A stretch of 64,000 nucleotides of DNA from Saccostrea cucullata (taxonomy: Eukaryota). A program made the position numbers and the translations under genes. The notes under the pieces are model-generated. The model searched no databases, was not told the origin of the DNA, and worked only from the letters and a program-made list of their open reading frames with translations. Each line of letters opens with the position of its first letter. Position 1 is the stretch's first letter. The stretch spans positions 1 through 64,000 of the forward strand of contig NW_026937303.1 of the NCBI RefSeq assembly GCF_032062105.1, in the 5' to 3' direction. Positions 27,975-49,006 of the stretch are shown in pieces.

Positions 27975-28396
27975 TTTTTCGGCAGCAACTATTAACTTTT
28001 ACCGATGAAACTCGTATTAGCTTAGTGAAGTTCACTGAATATGTGTGACCTTACCATTTACCATTTTGTAACAATATTAAACTTATCTTAATCTCTTCAG
28101 TGAGTTATTTTTGCTAAACTCAGGTAACTGAGCCTGAATTTCGACAATAAATAATTGTATTAAATGTACGAGCTAATGTATAATATCGCTTACATCAATA
28201 TTTTTTTTTTCATTATTATAGACAACAAGAAGGAAAAATAGTAAATTTTGCAACACGTGACTAACAAACACGAATTAAGATACAATATCATATACATTTA
28301 TTCGAAAATATGGATATATACAAAGATAGATAAATATTTTTTGTGTTGATATAAGGGTCATGTGACTGAAGTGAAGTTTTCCAGCAAATTATTTTC
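27975..28396. promoter_or_regulatory. Bidirectional promoter MRPL55/CTNS with CLEAR/M-box motifs
   Basis: Divergent ATGs about 420 bp apart; CACGTGAC at 28254-28261 and GTCATGTGAC at 28357-28366. Confidence 0.65.
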
Positions 28397-31300
28397 ATGA
28401 TTTTTGAGGAAATGGTTACTAGACAAGCACGACGCTACATTTTGAGCAATTCATTATGTTGTACTGTGCTTTGTTTACTTTGTATATGTAAGTAATTTGT
28501 TTGAATTTTATGAATCAATGACTGAAAGATGCATGATGTCAACTTTTTGTGTTCATGTTTTGTCTAATTTTATATCTTTGTTTAACTCAGGTATACCTGT
28601 TGTATCAACAGAAATTGATGTAGACCAGAATGAGACAAAAGTACTCCTGATGTTCTCCAAATCAGAATTAAAGACAGTGGTGGGCGATGTCAAGGATCTA
28701 CATTTGACGCTGAAGTATAGTGATTTAAATGTGACATATACATTTGCATTAACGACGTTTATTATACCTCTACTGATTTTCTCTATATAAAAAAATGTTT
28801 ATTAGTCAAGTGAGCTAATCCCCACTCTGCAAGCTAATATCCAGTTATCTGCAATCCTCATTTTTTAACTTAAATTACTTTGTATTGGTATGATAAATTA
28901 TTGTTAAAGGGTATATCATTGAGGTAAATTCCAGTTCCCCTCGACCAGGGCTATTTCCTTCGACTTTACCTGAGGAAATAGCCCTGGCCTTTGGGAATTG
29001 GACTTTTGCTAACTCCCTCAAAATATATATACTGTATACTTTAACTGCTAATTTAACTTTAACTGTAATTCATTATTCATAAACTGTCAAATGCCCTAAC
29101 AAGTTATCTTTTGGAAAAAAAAATGTCTTCGTAGATATAGCTAGAAATGTTCTCACAGAAGTACTGAGCATATCAAATTGTCATCAAGAATGCCACCCAA
29201 TATTTTCAAGCATTTGAAAGAAACTAATTCCACAAAATAGATTAAATGTGTATATACATTCATAGAGTTGGATTCCCCCTAGTATTATGGATAAAATTAC
29301 ATACAAATAAATAGTGTCATTCATTTTAATTTTATTATTCCCTTGCATTTTTTACAGTGATACCACTGCTAGCAATGCCACGGTGACCTTTACTTACCAG
29401 ATAGGGGACACAATCAGCTCTGTGGAGAACGACCACTACATAGAGCCAGTTCCTGATGTCTTTATTTTAGCCAATCAGACTAGGACGATGTCATTCAACA
29501 TTACGAGCACTGGTGTGGGCCATTTCAACCTCGGAGTCAACTCATCGTCAAAACAGTTTACTAAGTATATCATACAGTAACAATAGAATAGCTTTAAACA
29601 CTTAAAAAAACCTTTTGTATGTTTTTTAATTAGATTTTGTGTTGCCTGCATAGCATGACAGACACGTATTACATAGGGACTACTTGTTCTGGTATTTGTC
29701 TGTCCAGTATCTTATCACCTGTTATGGTGAATTCAATTATACAAATGAGTTTTAGGAATAAGACCCTCTTTTTCTGTGGGCCACCTTTCTTTCCAAAAAA
29801 AAAAATCCCAAAGAAACAAACAAATACAAAACAAACAAGCAAACAAACAAAGAAAATTACTGTAGACAGATATTTCTGGACTGATCTGAGTTAATAAATT
29901 AAAGTTTAAAATATAATTCTTGCTGTGAAGGTTATATTGAACCTGAGTGTCCTACAATACTACTATTTTAGGAATGAGCCAGATATAAATTTGTACATTA
30001 TTAATTCTATCTTTGTTTTGTTTTACATGTATATAAATGTCTTGATATACATTGTACTTGTAGATTATCTGAGCAGTTTGTTAGGATCACCATCGTTCAT
30101 AGCTCAGCTCTGGTTGTGATTAATTCTGTGATTGGCTGGATCTACTTTGTGGCCTGGTCTGTTTCTTTTTATCCCCAGGTATATGAAAACTGGAGGAGAA
30201 AAAGGTTTGTCTAATCACTCAAGTCACATAATTATAAGGAAGGCTTTAATAATGGAGTCATTGAAACTCTGTAAAGCTTGACAGCTGAAATATGTACATA
30301 TTTAATGAAAATTTAACTTTTAAAGTTAAAACTAGAATTTCTTTTACCGGTACTTAATAATTTTTGAAAATATTTTTGCAATTTTATCTGAAACTAAGTG
30401 TTTGGATATTGGCTTTTAAACACATAAACTCTCCTTACTTACAAAATGTCACACAACTTGTAAGATAAGCATTATGGTTCATGTACATCTAACTGGTGAC
30501 TCTCGTAAACTTAGAATATAAATTAACTTTGGTTTACAGTGTGGTTGGTCTGAATTTTGACTTCCTTTTGTACAACATCACAGGATTCCTGGCCTACGGC
30601 TTCTTCAATGTTGGAATGTACTGGGTCAATGATGTTAAGGTAGGCTAATTTAACATTGTAAAATTTGTGTCTGAAAGTTTTATCAAAATTTGTGATACAT
30701 AATGATATTAATAAAAATCTTCTCCAACTGTATCTTTATTTCTGATCTTGATTTCTTCCTTTGTCCTTGAATTTAATATTCCTCATTTTGAATTTACCTT
30801 TAATACTTTCACTATATTTGTTCTAAATATTTTTATCAAACTTAATATTATGATACAAACTAGTGTAAGCAATTTGGTTTATATTTTACTGACCTCAATT
30901 TCCCTGTGACCTTCATTTTTTTAAATTACCTGTTAGATATCTAAAACTTTAAACAAGAATGCACATAGATTAAAGCAATAATTCAAATGGTACTTCATAA
31001 TTTTCTGACTTGACCTCCAGTGTCATAACTTTGTGACCTTGACTTTCTTTATGACTTTGAACTTCACTTTTTCCTAATGTTGTTGTTCCTTTATCTTACT
31101 GTTTCTATAAATTCAGAATTATCATGTAGTCTACTGTACAACTGTGAATACTGAATACCTATGTTTCATTTCTTATTTATTTACAGGCGGAATACATGAA
31201 TAAACATCCAAGGGGAATAAATCCTGTACAGCTGAATGATGTCATTTTTACACTTCATGCAGTGTTCGTGACAACTATAACAATATTTCAGTGTTTTATT

Positions 31301-33323
31301 TATGATGTAAGTTTGCACCTTTTAAATACTTTTCAGTAAAGAGTATTTGGAAAATTTTCACAATTCTTAGGTGACCATAAAGGCTGATGTGCCTGTTATT
31401 TTAATAAATTGAAATTTAGAGGATGTGTATCTTGAGGAATAATTCAGATAAACAGCAAGCAAGGTAATCCATCAGATTTTTAACAATGACTGTTTATAAT
31501 TATGAAATGATTTTATCTTTGACAGAGAGGGGGTCAGAAGATCTCTAAGATTTGTATTACCCTGGTGTCTCTAGCCTGGCTGTTTATTGTCGTGGCATTA
31601 TTTATTGTTATTTTTGGAGATGACATCATCACCTGGCTACAGTATCTATACTATTTCTCATATGTCAAGCTGGGGGTTACCATCATCAAATACATCCCAC
31701 AGGTAATAGTTTTATGAATTAGAGTCTGTTTTAATTACATAGGATCACAAAACAGCTCTTCTTCCACACAGAGCAGATATACATGTATTTGTCAAGTTCG
31801 TAACATTATTTTTTAAAGGTCTCAGTGGGCATATGAGTATGGCTATATAATTCAAAAGATATATAAGATGGAGGGCTCTTTCACTTATAGTGGGATTTCA
31901 AACCATTAAAAAATTTTAACATCCAAATACAGGGGGAATTTAAAAAGTGAATTTTAGCAAATAAAAAAGGGAAATTAAATAAGAAAAAAATGGAAGAAAT
32001 GAACATGCTTATCTAAAATGTGATCAATCACAAGTGGCAATAGTTAAAAATCAGATAGCATACATCTACCCAGTAATGATAAAATTGGGTGGGGGCATTA
32101 TAGCAACTTAGCTCAATCAAAATGGTAATTAATATCAATTCTATGTAAATATCAAAATGACGTGGCCATGCGATGTCTTGGATTCAGATAATTTTTTTCT
32201 TACTGAAAAGATACTGAATGAAAAGATTGACTATATGAAATAAAGCATGGTAGTTTACCTGGTTGCCATGGAAACGGGGCTAAAAGGTGTAAATTATAGT
32301 GAATATTGCTATTTATCAATAATTTCTAGAAAGTTCTTGATTTACCCATAAATTTTTTTTATTCTCATAAAACCTTAGAATATATAGTTTATTTAATGAT
32401 ACATGGTTATAAATATTTCAGTTGTCAAAATGGTGAAAAATTTCATTGAATATGACTAAAAAAGTCAATTTTGGCAAATCACCAATTTTCATGCAATAAT
32501 TTCTAGAAAGTTTTTGATTTACCCATAAATTTTTTTTATTCTCATAAAACCTTAGAATATATGGTTTATTTAATGATACATGGTTACAAATATATCAGTT
32601 GTCAAAATGGTGAAAAATTTCAATGAATATGACTAAAAAAGACAAATTCGGCAAATTGCCAATTTGCTAACAGCCCAAATGCAGCAATGAAAATTCGCTT
32701 AATATCCATTCAAATATCTTGAATGAAATTTATTTCTGAGATTTAAGTTATATGAGCTCAGAGAATATAATTTTCATGTGAATTTACACTAATTTATTGA
32801 ATGTGCACTAATTTAATTTAAAACAGAGCAAAATTTGCTTAATCGGAGGGTTCTAAATATAACATCCTTGTTACCATGGCAACCAAATTGAAAAGTTAGA
32901 CTTTAACATCATATTTATTAAAGGTATGCCAATTGTAGTAAATGGTGTGAAATTCAGCTAAATCGGAGACATGTCATGTCCACGACCCTATTTAAAATTT
33001 TGATTTTTATAGAGAATTGATATTAATATCTTAACATATTTTTTCTCTCAATGAAAAAGTATTTTTGATATATAAGAAATAAGTACCTCTCCTGATTACA
33101 CAGGCCTGGATGAACTGTAAGAGGCAGAGTACACTGGGATGGAGTATTGGGAACGTCCTCCTGGACTTCACTGGAGGCAGCTTCAGTCTTCTACAGATGT
33201 TCCTGTTAGCTTACAATAATGGTGAGTATTAGTCTATAACAATTAATGGTGAGTAGTCAGCCTTCAACAATGGTGAGTAGTTAGGCTTTAAAAATGCTGA
33301 GTAGTCAGTATGATATTTTTTAG

Positions 33324-33364
<41 letters not shown>

Positions 33365-34187
33365 TTTTGGCTTTAAAAATGCTGAGTAGTCAGTATGATA
33401 TTTTTTAGCTCACCTGAACCGAAGGCTCAAGTGAGCTTTTCTGATCACATTTTGTCCGTCGTCTGTCTGTCTGTCAGTCTATCTGTAAACAGGGTTTTAA
33501 CATTTTTGACTTCTTCTCAAGAACCATTGGGCTAGAAAAGCTTAAACTTATGTGGAAGCATACTAAGGTAGTGTAGATTCTAAATTGTTCAAATCATGAC
33601 CCCCGGGGGTTGGGCGGGGCCACAATAGGGAATCAAAGTTTTACATAGAAATATATAGAAAAAAAACTTTTAAAATCTTCTTCTCAAGAACCAGTCGGTC
33701 AGAAAAGCTAAAATTTATGTGGAAGCATCCTGGGGTAGTGTAGATTCTCAGTTATACAAATTGTGACCCCCAAGGGGCCACAATAATAAGGAATCAAAGT
33801 TTTACATAGAAATAAATAGGAAATTTCTTTAAAAATCTTTTTCTCAAGAACCTTTGGGCCAGAAAAGCTGAAACTTATGTGGAAGCATTCTTTGGTACTG
33901 TAGATTCTAAATTGTTCAAATCATGAGCCCTGGGGGTAGGGTGGGGCTACAATATGGAATCAAAGTTTTACATAGAAATATATAAGAAAAATTTTTAAAA
34001 TTCTTCTTCTCAAGAATCCCTGGGCCAGCAGAACTAAAACTTATATGACAGCATCCTGAGGTAGTGTAGATTCTAAATTGTTCAATTCATGACCCCTGGG
34101 AGTAGGACGGGGCCATAATTTGGAATCACAATAGGTTATTACAAGGGGGAAATCTGGTAAAGAACAGCATGGTCAAAGCTACTCAGA

Positions 34188-34220
<33 letters not shown>

Positions 34221-34509
34221 TAGTGCTGAATACTACAAAAAAAATTCTTACTGAAACTTTTTTTCTGCTCAAGTAAAAAGAAGGCATAATAGAATTTTAA
34301 ACCCACTTGACTGTTTTCAATTTCATTGACTTTGCTTGACAGATGATTGGTCGTCTATATTTGGAGACCCCACTAAGTTTGGATTGGGTGCCTTTTCCAT
34401 ATTGTTTGACATCCTCTTCATGGTGCAGCACTACTGTTTGTTCAGGGGGAGAGATCCGTATGAAAGTCTGAACAACTACGAGGAGGTCTACAGTCCCCTC
34501 ATCAAGTAA
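28397..34509 (+). CDS. CTNS: Cystinosin, lysosomal cystine transporter (PQ-loop family)
   Basis: Exons 28397 (or ATG 28412)-28487, 28591-28714, 29358-29564, 30064-30204, 30540-30639, 31187-31306, 31526-31702, 33104-33221, 34343-34509. Diagnostic segments: [78 protein letters not shown]. Confidence 0.97.
32130..33026. mobile_element. MITE in a CTNS intron, with an internal ~180-bp tandem duplication
   Basis: TIRs TAATATCAATTCT / AGAATTGATATTA; block 32318-32490 is repeated at ~32495-32665. Confidence 0.6.
33316..34218 (+). mobile_element. HINE-like family C element with a duplicated 5' end
   Basis: TTTTTTAGCTCACCTGA..GGCTCAAGTGAGCTTTTCTGATCAC occurs twice, followed by ~165-bp repeats and 3' GATGTGGCCCATGGGCCTCTTGTT. 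Confidence 0.78.
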
Positions 34510-36104
34510 CTGTCTACAGAGATAGAGATACTCAGGGCAGCTTAGGTTTGTCATTGTTTTAACAATGACAAGCTCATAGCAACTCTCCTATGTGATTCGG
34601 TGCAATATAAACTTATGAGACTGTTGTGTATCTGAACAATGACTCATTTTATATAATGAAGAGTGATTTATTTGTTATACATTGTTATAATACATGAATG
34701 GATTCTGTGAGAAAGTTGTATTTTGTATAAGTACCATAACATTTTATGTGGAAGAAAAAGTGCTTCTGATCTGTAAATCAGTCCTTCATTAATTATTAAG
34801 AACATGTTAATTTTTCTGTGATATGTGTGGATTTTTTTTTTTATATGGAACCTGTGTCCTAACATTTTTATGCTATTACTGTATAAACTGTATGCATTGT
34901 TAGAGAAAAAAACATTTTGATATAATCTTGTTGATAAAAATGCCCATTATAATACAGTCATGTTTTTTTGCATTGTTGTAATTCAATTATATTATGCATT
35001 TTTGTGAGGTCATTAAAGGTGGTTTGCAGAAAATATTTCTATACATTTAATGGAACTCTTAAAAAAATATATAATAAATATCGGTACCTGTCTTCTACTT
35101 GCTGGTTTGGGCTCTGCTTTTTGTGTTTGTGTGTATATGTGGAGATGGAATTGTTTCCCAGATTGATGGCAAAGCCAATATTTCTTTTTCGCTCCTAAGA
35201 AGATTATTGAGGAGCACATCATGAATGGTACTCTGAAATAATATATATATTTATGGTATAAAATGAATGATATAAAATGAATTTTTACAATCCCCACTCA
35301 CACACACACATGCACTAAAGGCCTAGTGACAAATTGTGGGGAAAATGGGATTATATTTATTTACCGAATAATTTTCTGGAAATTTAAAGTATTTGAAAGT
35401 AAAATCCATAAACCAGCTTAAAAGCTATGGTCTTAACTTCTTAATACATATTTTCTCTATATATTCTTATAAATAGTTTACAAGTATGAATCTATTATAA
35501 TTGCCAATTTAACTTTCTGAGGCCTGTTTTATAAAATAATTTATAACCAAAACAAAAAAAATCAGGAGATAGTGAAATTTTACAGAATAAATGATTCTGT
35601 TGGAAATTGCCATTGTTAAGGATTTTTTCTTCATTTCTTTTAAAAAAGGTAAAAATCATTTTTAATAAAATGCAAATTATAAAGCTAGTAAAAAAATTTA
35701 GTTGTAAGTCCTTTTTGTAAAACGACCCTCGTCTCTGCTAGGATTATTTAAAGATGAATTCCTATGATCAAGTGAAAGGTGATATAGTTTTCTCCCCTGG
35801 CAGGTTGCAAACTGGGTAAGCATCACACAACATACAATAAAATACATTGGACCATAATATGCAGCTTCCCAGCCAGAGACCCCCCCCTCCCAAAAAAAAA
35901 AAAAACAACAGCAACAAAACTAATAGCAAATTTTTTAAAAAATCTGATTTAATTATTATTGGAACTTCCACAGATAATTAAAACTATACATGTCGAGCAT
36001 TGCATATACAATTACAAAAAAAATCCGGAAAATCAATCCTTTCCTATTTGAGTGTTGTATGTGCCAAGAGGAAACAACTCTCTGTCAAATAAGTCTCAAA
36101 TGCG

Positions 36105-43834
<7,730 letters not shown>

Positions 43835-44560
43835 GTTCTCAAATATGGATTTATATCTAACAGTTGTTTGTACTTAACAAAGTATTTTGATATGATTAAA
43901 GTGATATTAAGGAGAACAGACACCATGAAACAGCTTCCTGCTTTTAATGCTTTGTTAGGATTAATTCTGGTTATCTTTTTAATTTGTGATCACATATTAA
44001 GAATATCAAATAAAAGAAAAAGAAATATCACAATTTTGCTTTTTTTACCTATTGTTTTTTGGTGAAGATTATAGCCTCACAACAATTATGAATGTAGGTA
44101 TACATTTAGATAAAAGAATTTGTTGAACTACAGTTCAGCTGCTTCCTGAGCAATAAAAAGACATTTAAACAGAGTATCAATATAATGTGGAAACAGTCCT
44201 TTTAAAATATTGTACATAAAAGAGATGTACAGTCATGTACATAATACAGTGTATATAATAATGAGACGAGTTCTGTTGTTACTGATACAAAACAAGAAAA
44301 TAGTAACAAACTTTGTACCTCCTAAACTCTCAAGTCATTACGAAAAAAAACATTGGATCCTGTCCCCCCACATTAAATACCACATTTAAGTGTTCTGTGA
44401 AACATATCACAGCTAGTGTCCACAACCTGGATTCTGCGCAGCATGTATTGTGTTTTAACTCTTGTGTTTTATGGTTGAGTGTACAGCTTCTATTGCAGAA
44501 TGAATCAAGTCTTCTGATGATCAGCTTCTGTGACAACACATGATGTCAGATGCTTGTTAT

Positions 44561-47500
44561 TTATGCCAAGTTGTAGATGTCCTCAGGATGTGCTAAAGAA
44601 CAGGACATGATCTGTAAAACAGCCTTTCCTCCATCCTTACTGCTTCTGTATACCTGTGTAAGAAAATACACAAACTTTAAAACACTGATGGACTGGGCTA
44701 AGTGGAATAATACTTTATTTGTAGTGCCTCAGTCCACCAAAGTATAAGCACAGCATCTCATGGAAAAATGATAATTTGCAATGATATACTTTCCAAGACA
44801 GGAGTTTTAAATTAAAGCATGATGAAAAAGGATAAACTGGGGTTGGGATTTATACACTTGGAGAGTTTTACTTCCATTAATCAATACTAAAAGAATTTTG
44901 GGTCCCTGGAACTTTGTGAATGAAAAAATTTGATGTAAGAAACTGAGATTTTGTTGGATATGGAAAAAAAAAAATAAACAGATGGATGGATAGTCATAAA
45001 ATTCAAATCAATTAATTTTTTTAAGCCTAGGCTGCTGTTTTTGTACAACTCTCACGTTGAACATACTAACCTTAAAGTAGACTTTACATCTTTCTAAAAG
45101 AAACCTCCACTTGACCTTTGTCTTGTTTTCCAAATCTAATTTGAGGTAATTCTCCACCTACAACACAAAAATGAATGTCATAACTAGTTACCTTGACCCC
45201 TATGAGGTGTTCTGCTACATTTCAGTACAGGTAACACATGTCCAGTGTACCTGTGTGGTCAGACAGAGAGACAGGTACATATATATATATATAGTTACCT
45301 TGACCCCTATGAGGTGTTCTGCTACATTTCAGTACAGGTAACACATGTCCAGTGTACCTGTGTGGTCAGACAGAGAGACAGGTACATATATATATAACTA
45401 GTTACCTTGACCCCTATGAGGTGTTCTGCTACATTTCAGTACAGGTAACACATGTCCAGGGTACCTGTGTGGTCAGACAGAGAGACCGGTACATATATAT
45501 ATAACTAGTTACCTCGACCCCTATGAGGTGTTCTGCCACATTGCCGTACACGTAACACATCTCCAGTTTACCTGTGTGGTCAGACAGACAGACAGGTACA
45601 TATATATATAACTAGTTACCTTGACCCCTATGAGGTGTTCTGCTACATTTCCGTACAGGTAACACATTTCCAGTGTACCTGTGTGGTCAGACAGAGAGAC
45701 AGGTACATATATATATATATAGTTACCTTGACCCCTATGAGGTGTTCTGCTACATTTCCGTACAGGTAACACATGTCCAGTGTACCTGTGTGGTCAGACA
45801 GAGAGACCGGTACATATATATATATAGTTACCTTGACCCCTATGAGGTGTTCTGCTACATTTCCGTACACGTAACACATGTCCAGTGTACCTGTGTGGTC
45901 AGACAGACAGACAGGTACATATATATATAACTAGTTACCTTGACACCTATGAGGTGTTCTGCTACATTTCAGTACAGGTAACACATGTCCAGTGTACCTG
46001 TGTGGTCAGACAGAGAGACAGGTACATATATGTATATAGTTACCTTGACCCCTATGAGGTGCTCTGCTACATTGCCGTACAAATAACACATCTCCAGGGT
46101 ACCAGTGTGGTCAGACAGACAGACAGGGATCCTATACTCCAAGTCAGCTTCTCCAAGTACAGGGGCATTGCTTATATCAAACAAGTTCAGGGCACTGTTA
46201 CAACACTCAACATTAGAACATATGTAGCCATTTGCCTCTGTTATAGGATGCTTACATTTCTTACTGAAAGGAAAAAAAGATATCTATTATATGCTCTGAG
46301 AGCAGTGTTTCCCCTTTATTTCAAAGTAAAGGGTTAGAGATCAGTTGTAACAGGCTAGGGACTGAGGTTTATGAACAGAAGCTCTGTGAACCTTGTTACA
46401 AATTTTTATTTCAAAGTGAAGCGGTCAATATGACCGGTACCCGGTTCTTAGGAAAAACTCTGCGAGGGTATGATATGTATACATGTACATGTATCTTAAT
46501 TCTTTGTAAAAAAAATATTCAATCCACTAGATTTGCAAGAACTTGACAGATCTTCTTCCCACCAGGGGCTCTTCAATTTGCACAAATTTATGCCCAAGCT
46601 TTCTTGATATTTCCTGTGAATATCCCTTTATTCTGATAGATAAAGGATGCTTTCATATACCAGGTAGATATTACTAATCATGGATGCCTTTGCTCCTCTT
46701 GAGAAGAAGATTTTTCCTATCAAGTAGAACTTAAATTGTCTAATATGGCCCTGTCCTACCTCTGGGGATTCCTGATTTGAACAAATTTGCATCAATCTAC
46801 ACTATGTAATGTAAAGTTTTAAATCTTTTTTGGCCCAGTGACCCACTGCTCTGATTCCATACTTTCAAATTGATGTACATGTGTATGTCAAACTATAAAT
46901 GGGGGTTGGTAAGCATTAAATTCTAACAGTGATGTCAAAGATAACAACAGTATTTTTGCATCCAAAGGGAGACAATAAATTGTCACCTTGCACTATTTCG
47001 TTGCCATCTGAGGGCAGCAATTTCAGTTGTCATTCAGCATGTGAGGAAGACATCACAAATTGTCTCCTTGCATGTGACATGCTCGAAACCAATCAGATGG
47101 ACTTTATTATTTTGGAGGATAACAATAATTGTTGAAATTCTTAAAGACTTTGAATCAGTGAAGTATAAATTCAATAGATATACCATCTGTAGGTTATGAC
47201 TGAGTTAGGGTCCTCTTTGTCTGTGTTGAACTGGGACAGGAAAAGACAGCTTACACCGTACACAGTAGGTTTCCACTGGCTCTGTAAGTCAGACATCACA
47301 CTCTTCACATCAGATACAGTAAACTTGTCTGTTATCTTCTCCACTGCAAATTAAAGTATTCCTTTCACTTTAAGTCAGCTTATTAGCTCAGAAGATTTAA
47401 GACCAGTCATCAAGGTTTGTTCCTAAGACCCGGGGGCTGGGTAATTTCCCATCTTATAATGAGCTTTCCTGGTTATTTTGGTATTCCTCCTAAAATCCCA

Positions 47501-48807
47501 TTTAGGAGAGGAACCGCAGATCCCCTCTACTTTCCTATCACTCCCTTCTATTTCAATTCTTAGGGACAATCCTGAGTCACTTAGATTATAATCACTTTCT
47601 TCAGTCATATAAAATTGATGATTTTCCAAAAGAATTTTATTTTATAACAAGAGGCCCATGGGCCTTATAGGTCACCTGAGTATTGTGTAACAACTTTCAA
47701 ACAATTAAATTTGCAAGGTTCGTGATTTAAACCAGAGGCCATGAAATTCACAATTTACAATTTTGAAAGAGGCACCATTGCTTATCATAATTATTAACTT
47801 AGCATGCTTACTCAATTTACTTTATACCCAGAGGTAGATCAGAGTAACAAAAAGAAAATGCACTTCCACTTTATACCCAGTTGTGCACCTCACCCTAAAG
47901 GAACCACTGACCCATGGGCCACATGTTTTTCAAAATTTTGCAAATTTTATCATAAAATGGTTGATTAATACCAAAGAGCAGATTTCAAAGCATTAATTTA
48001 TTTTTCAGACTATATAACCCCCCCCCTTTCCCCCTCTGACCCTGGGGGCATAAAAAAACCACTTTGCTAGATGCACCTTTCTTCATCATAAATATATATA
48101 TACTTGGATCATTGACATAAAACCCAGAAGCAAAGGAAAATATTTCAAAAGAATTAATGCATTTTTACTATATAATCAATAGAGCCCCGCCCTAACACCA
48201 GAACCCCTAACCCTGGGGCCATAAATTTCACAATTTTGGAAGAGGCACTCTTGCTCATCATAACTATGTACTTAGTTAGTTTATTTAATACACAAAAGCA
48301 GAGAAGAAGATTTTCAAAGAATTAATGCATTTTCACTGTATAATCAATAGAGCCCCGCCCTAACACCAGAACCCCTAACCCTGGGGCCTTAAAATTCACA
48401 ATTTTGTAGGAGGCACTCTTGCTTATCATACCTAGTATGTACTTAGTTAGTTTATTTAATACACAGAAGTAGAGAAGAAGATTTTCAAAGAATAAATGCA
48501 TTTTCACTATATAATCAATATAGCCCCGCCCTAACACCAGAACCCCTGACCCTGGGGCCATAAAATTCACAATTTTTGGAAGAGGCACTCTTGGTCATCA
48601 TAACTATGTGCATAGTTAGTTTATTTAATACCCAGAAGCAGAGAAGAAGATTTTCAAAGAATAAATGCATTTTCACTATATAAACAATAGAGCCCTGCCC
48701 TAACACCAGAACCCCTGACCCTGGGGCCATAAAATTCACAATTTTGTAGGAGGCACTCTTGCTTATCATAACTATGTACTTAGTTAGTTTATTTAATACC
48801 CAGGAGC

Positions 48808-48841
<34 letters not shown>

Positions 48842-48972
48842 CACTATATAATCTATAGAGCCCCGCCCTAACACCAGAACCCCTGACCCTGGGGCATAAA
48901 ATTCACAAATCTGGAAGAGGCACTTTTTCATCATAACTATGTGCTTAATTAGTATATTTAATACCCAGGAGC

Positions 48973-49006
<34 letters not shown>

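Noticed and set aside
43835-44560. Overlapping 3'UTRs of convergent METAP1 and MEIOB
   Set aside because: Possible, but transcript ends cannot be determined from sequence alone.
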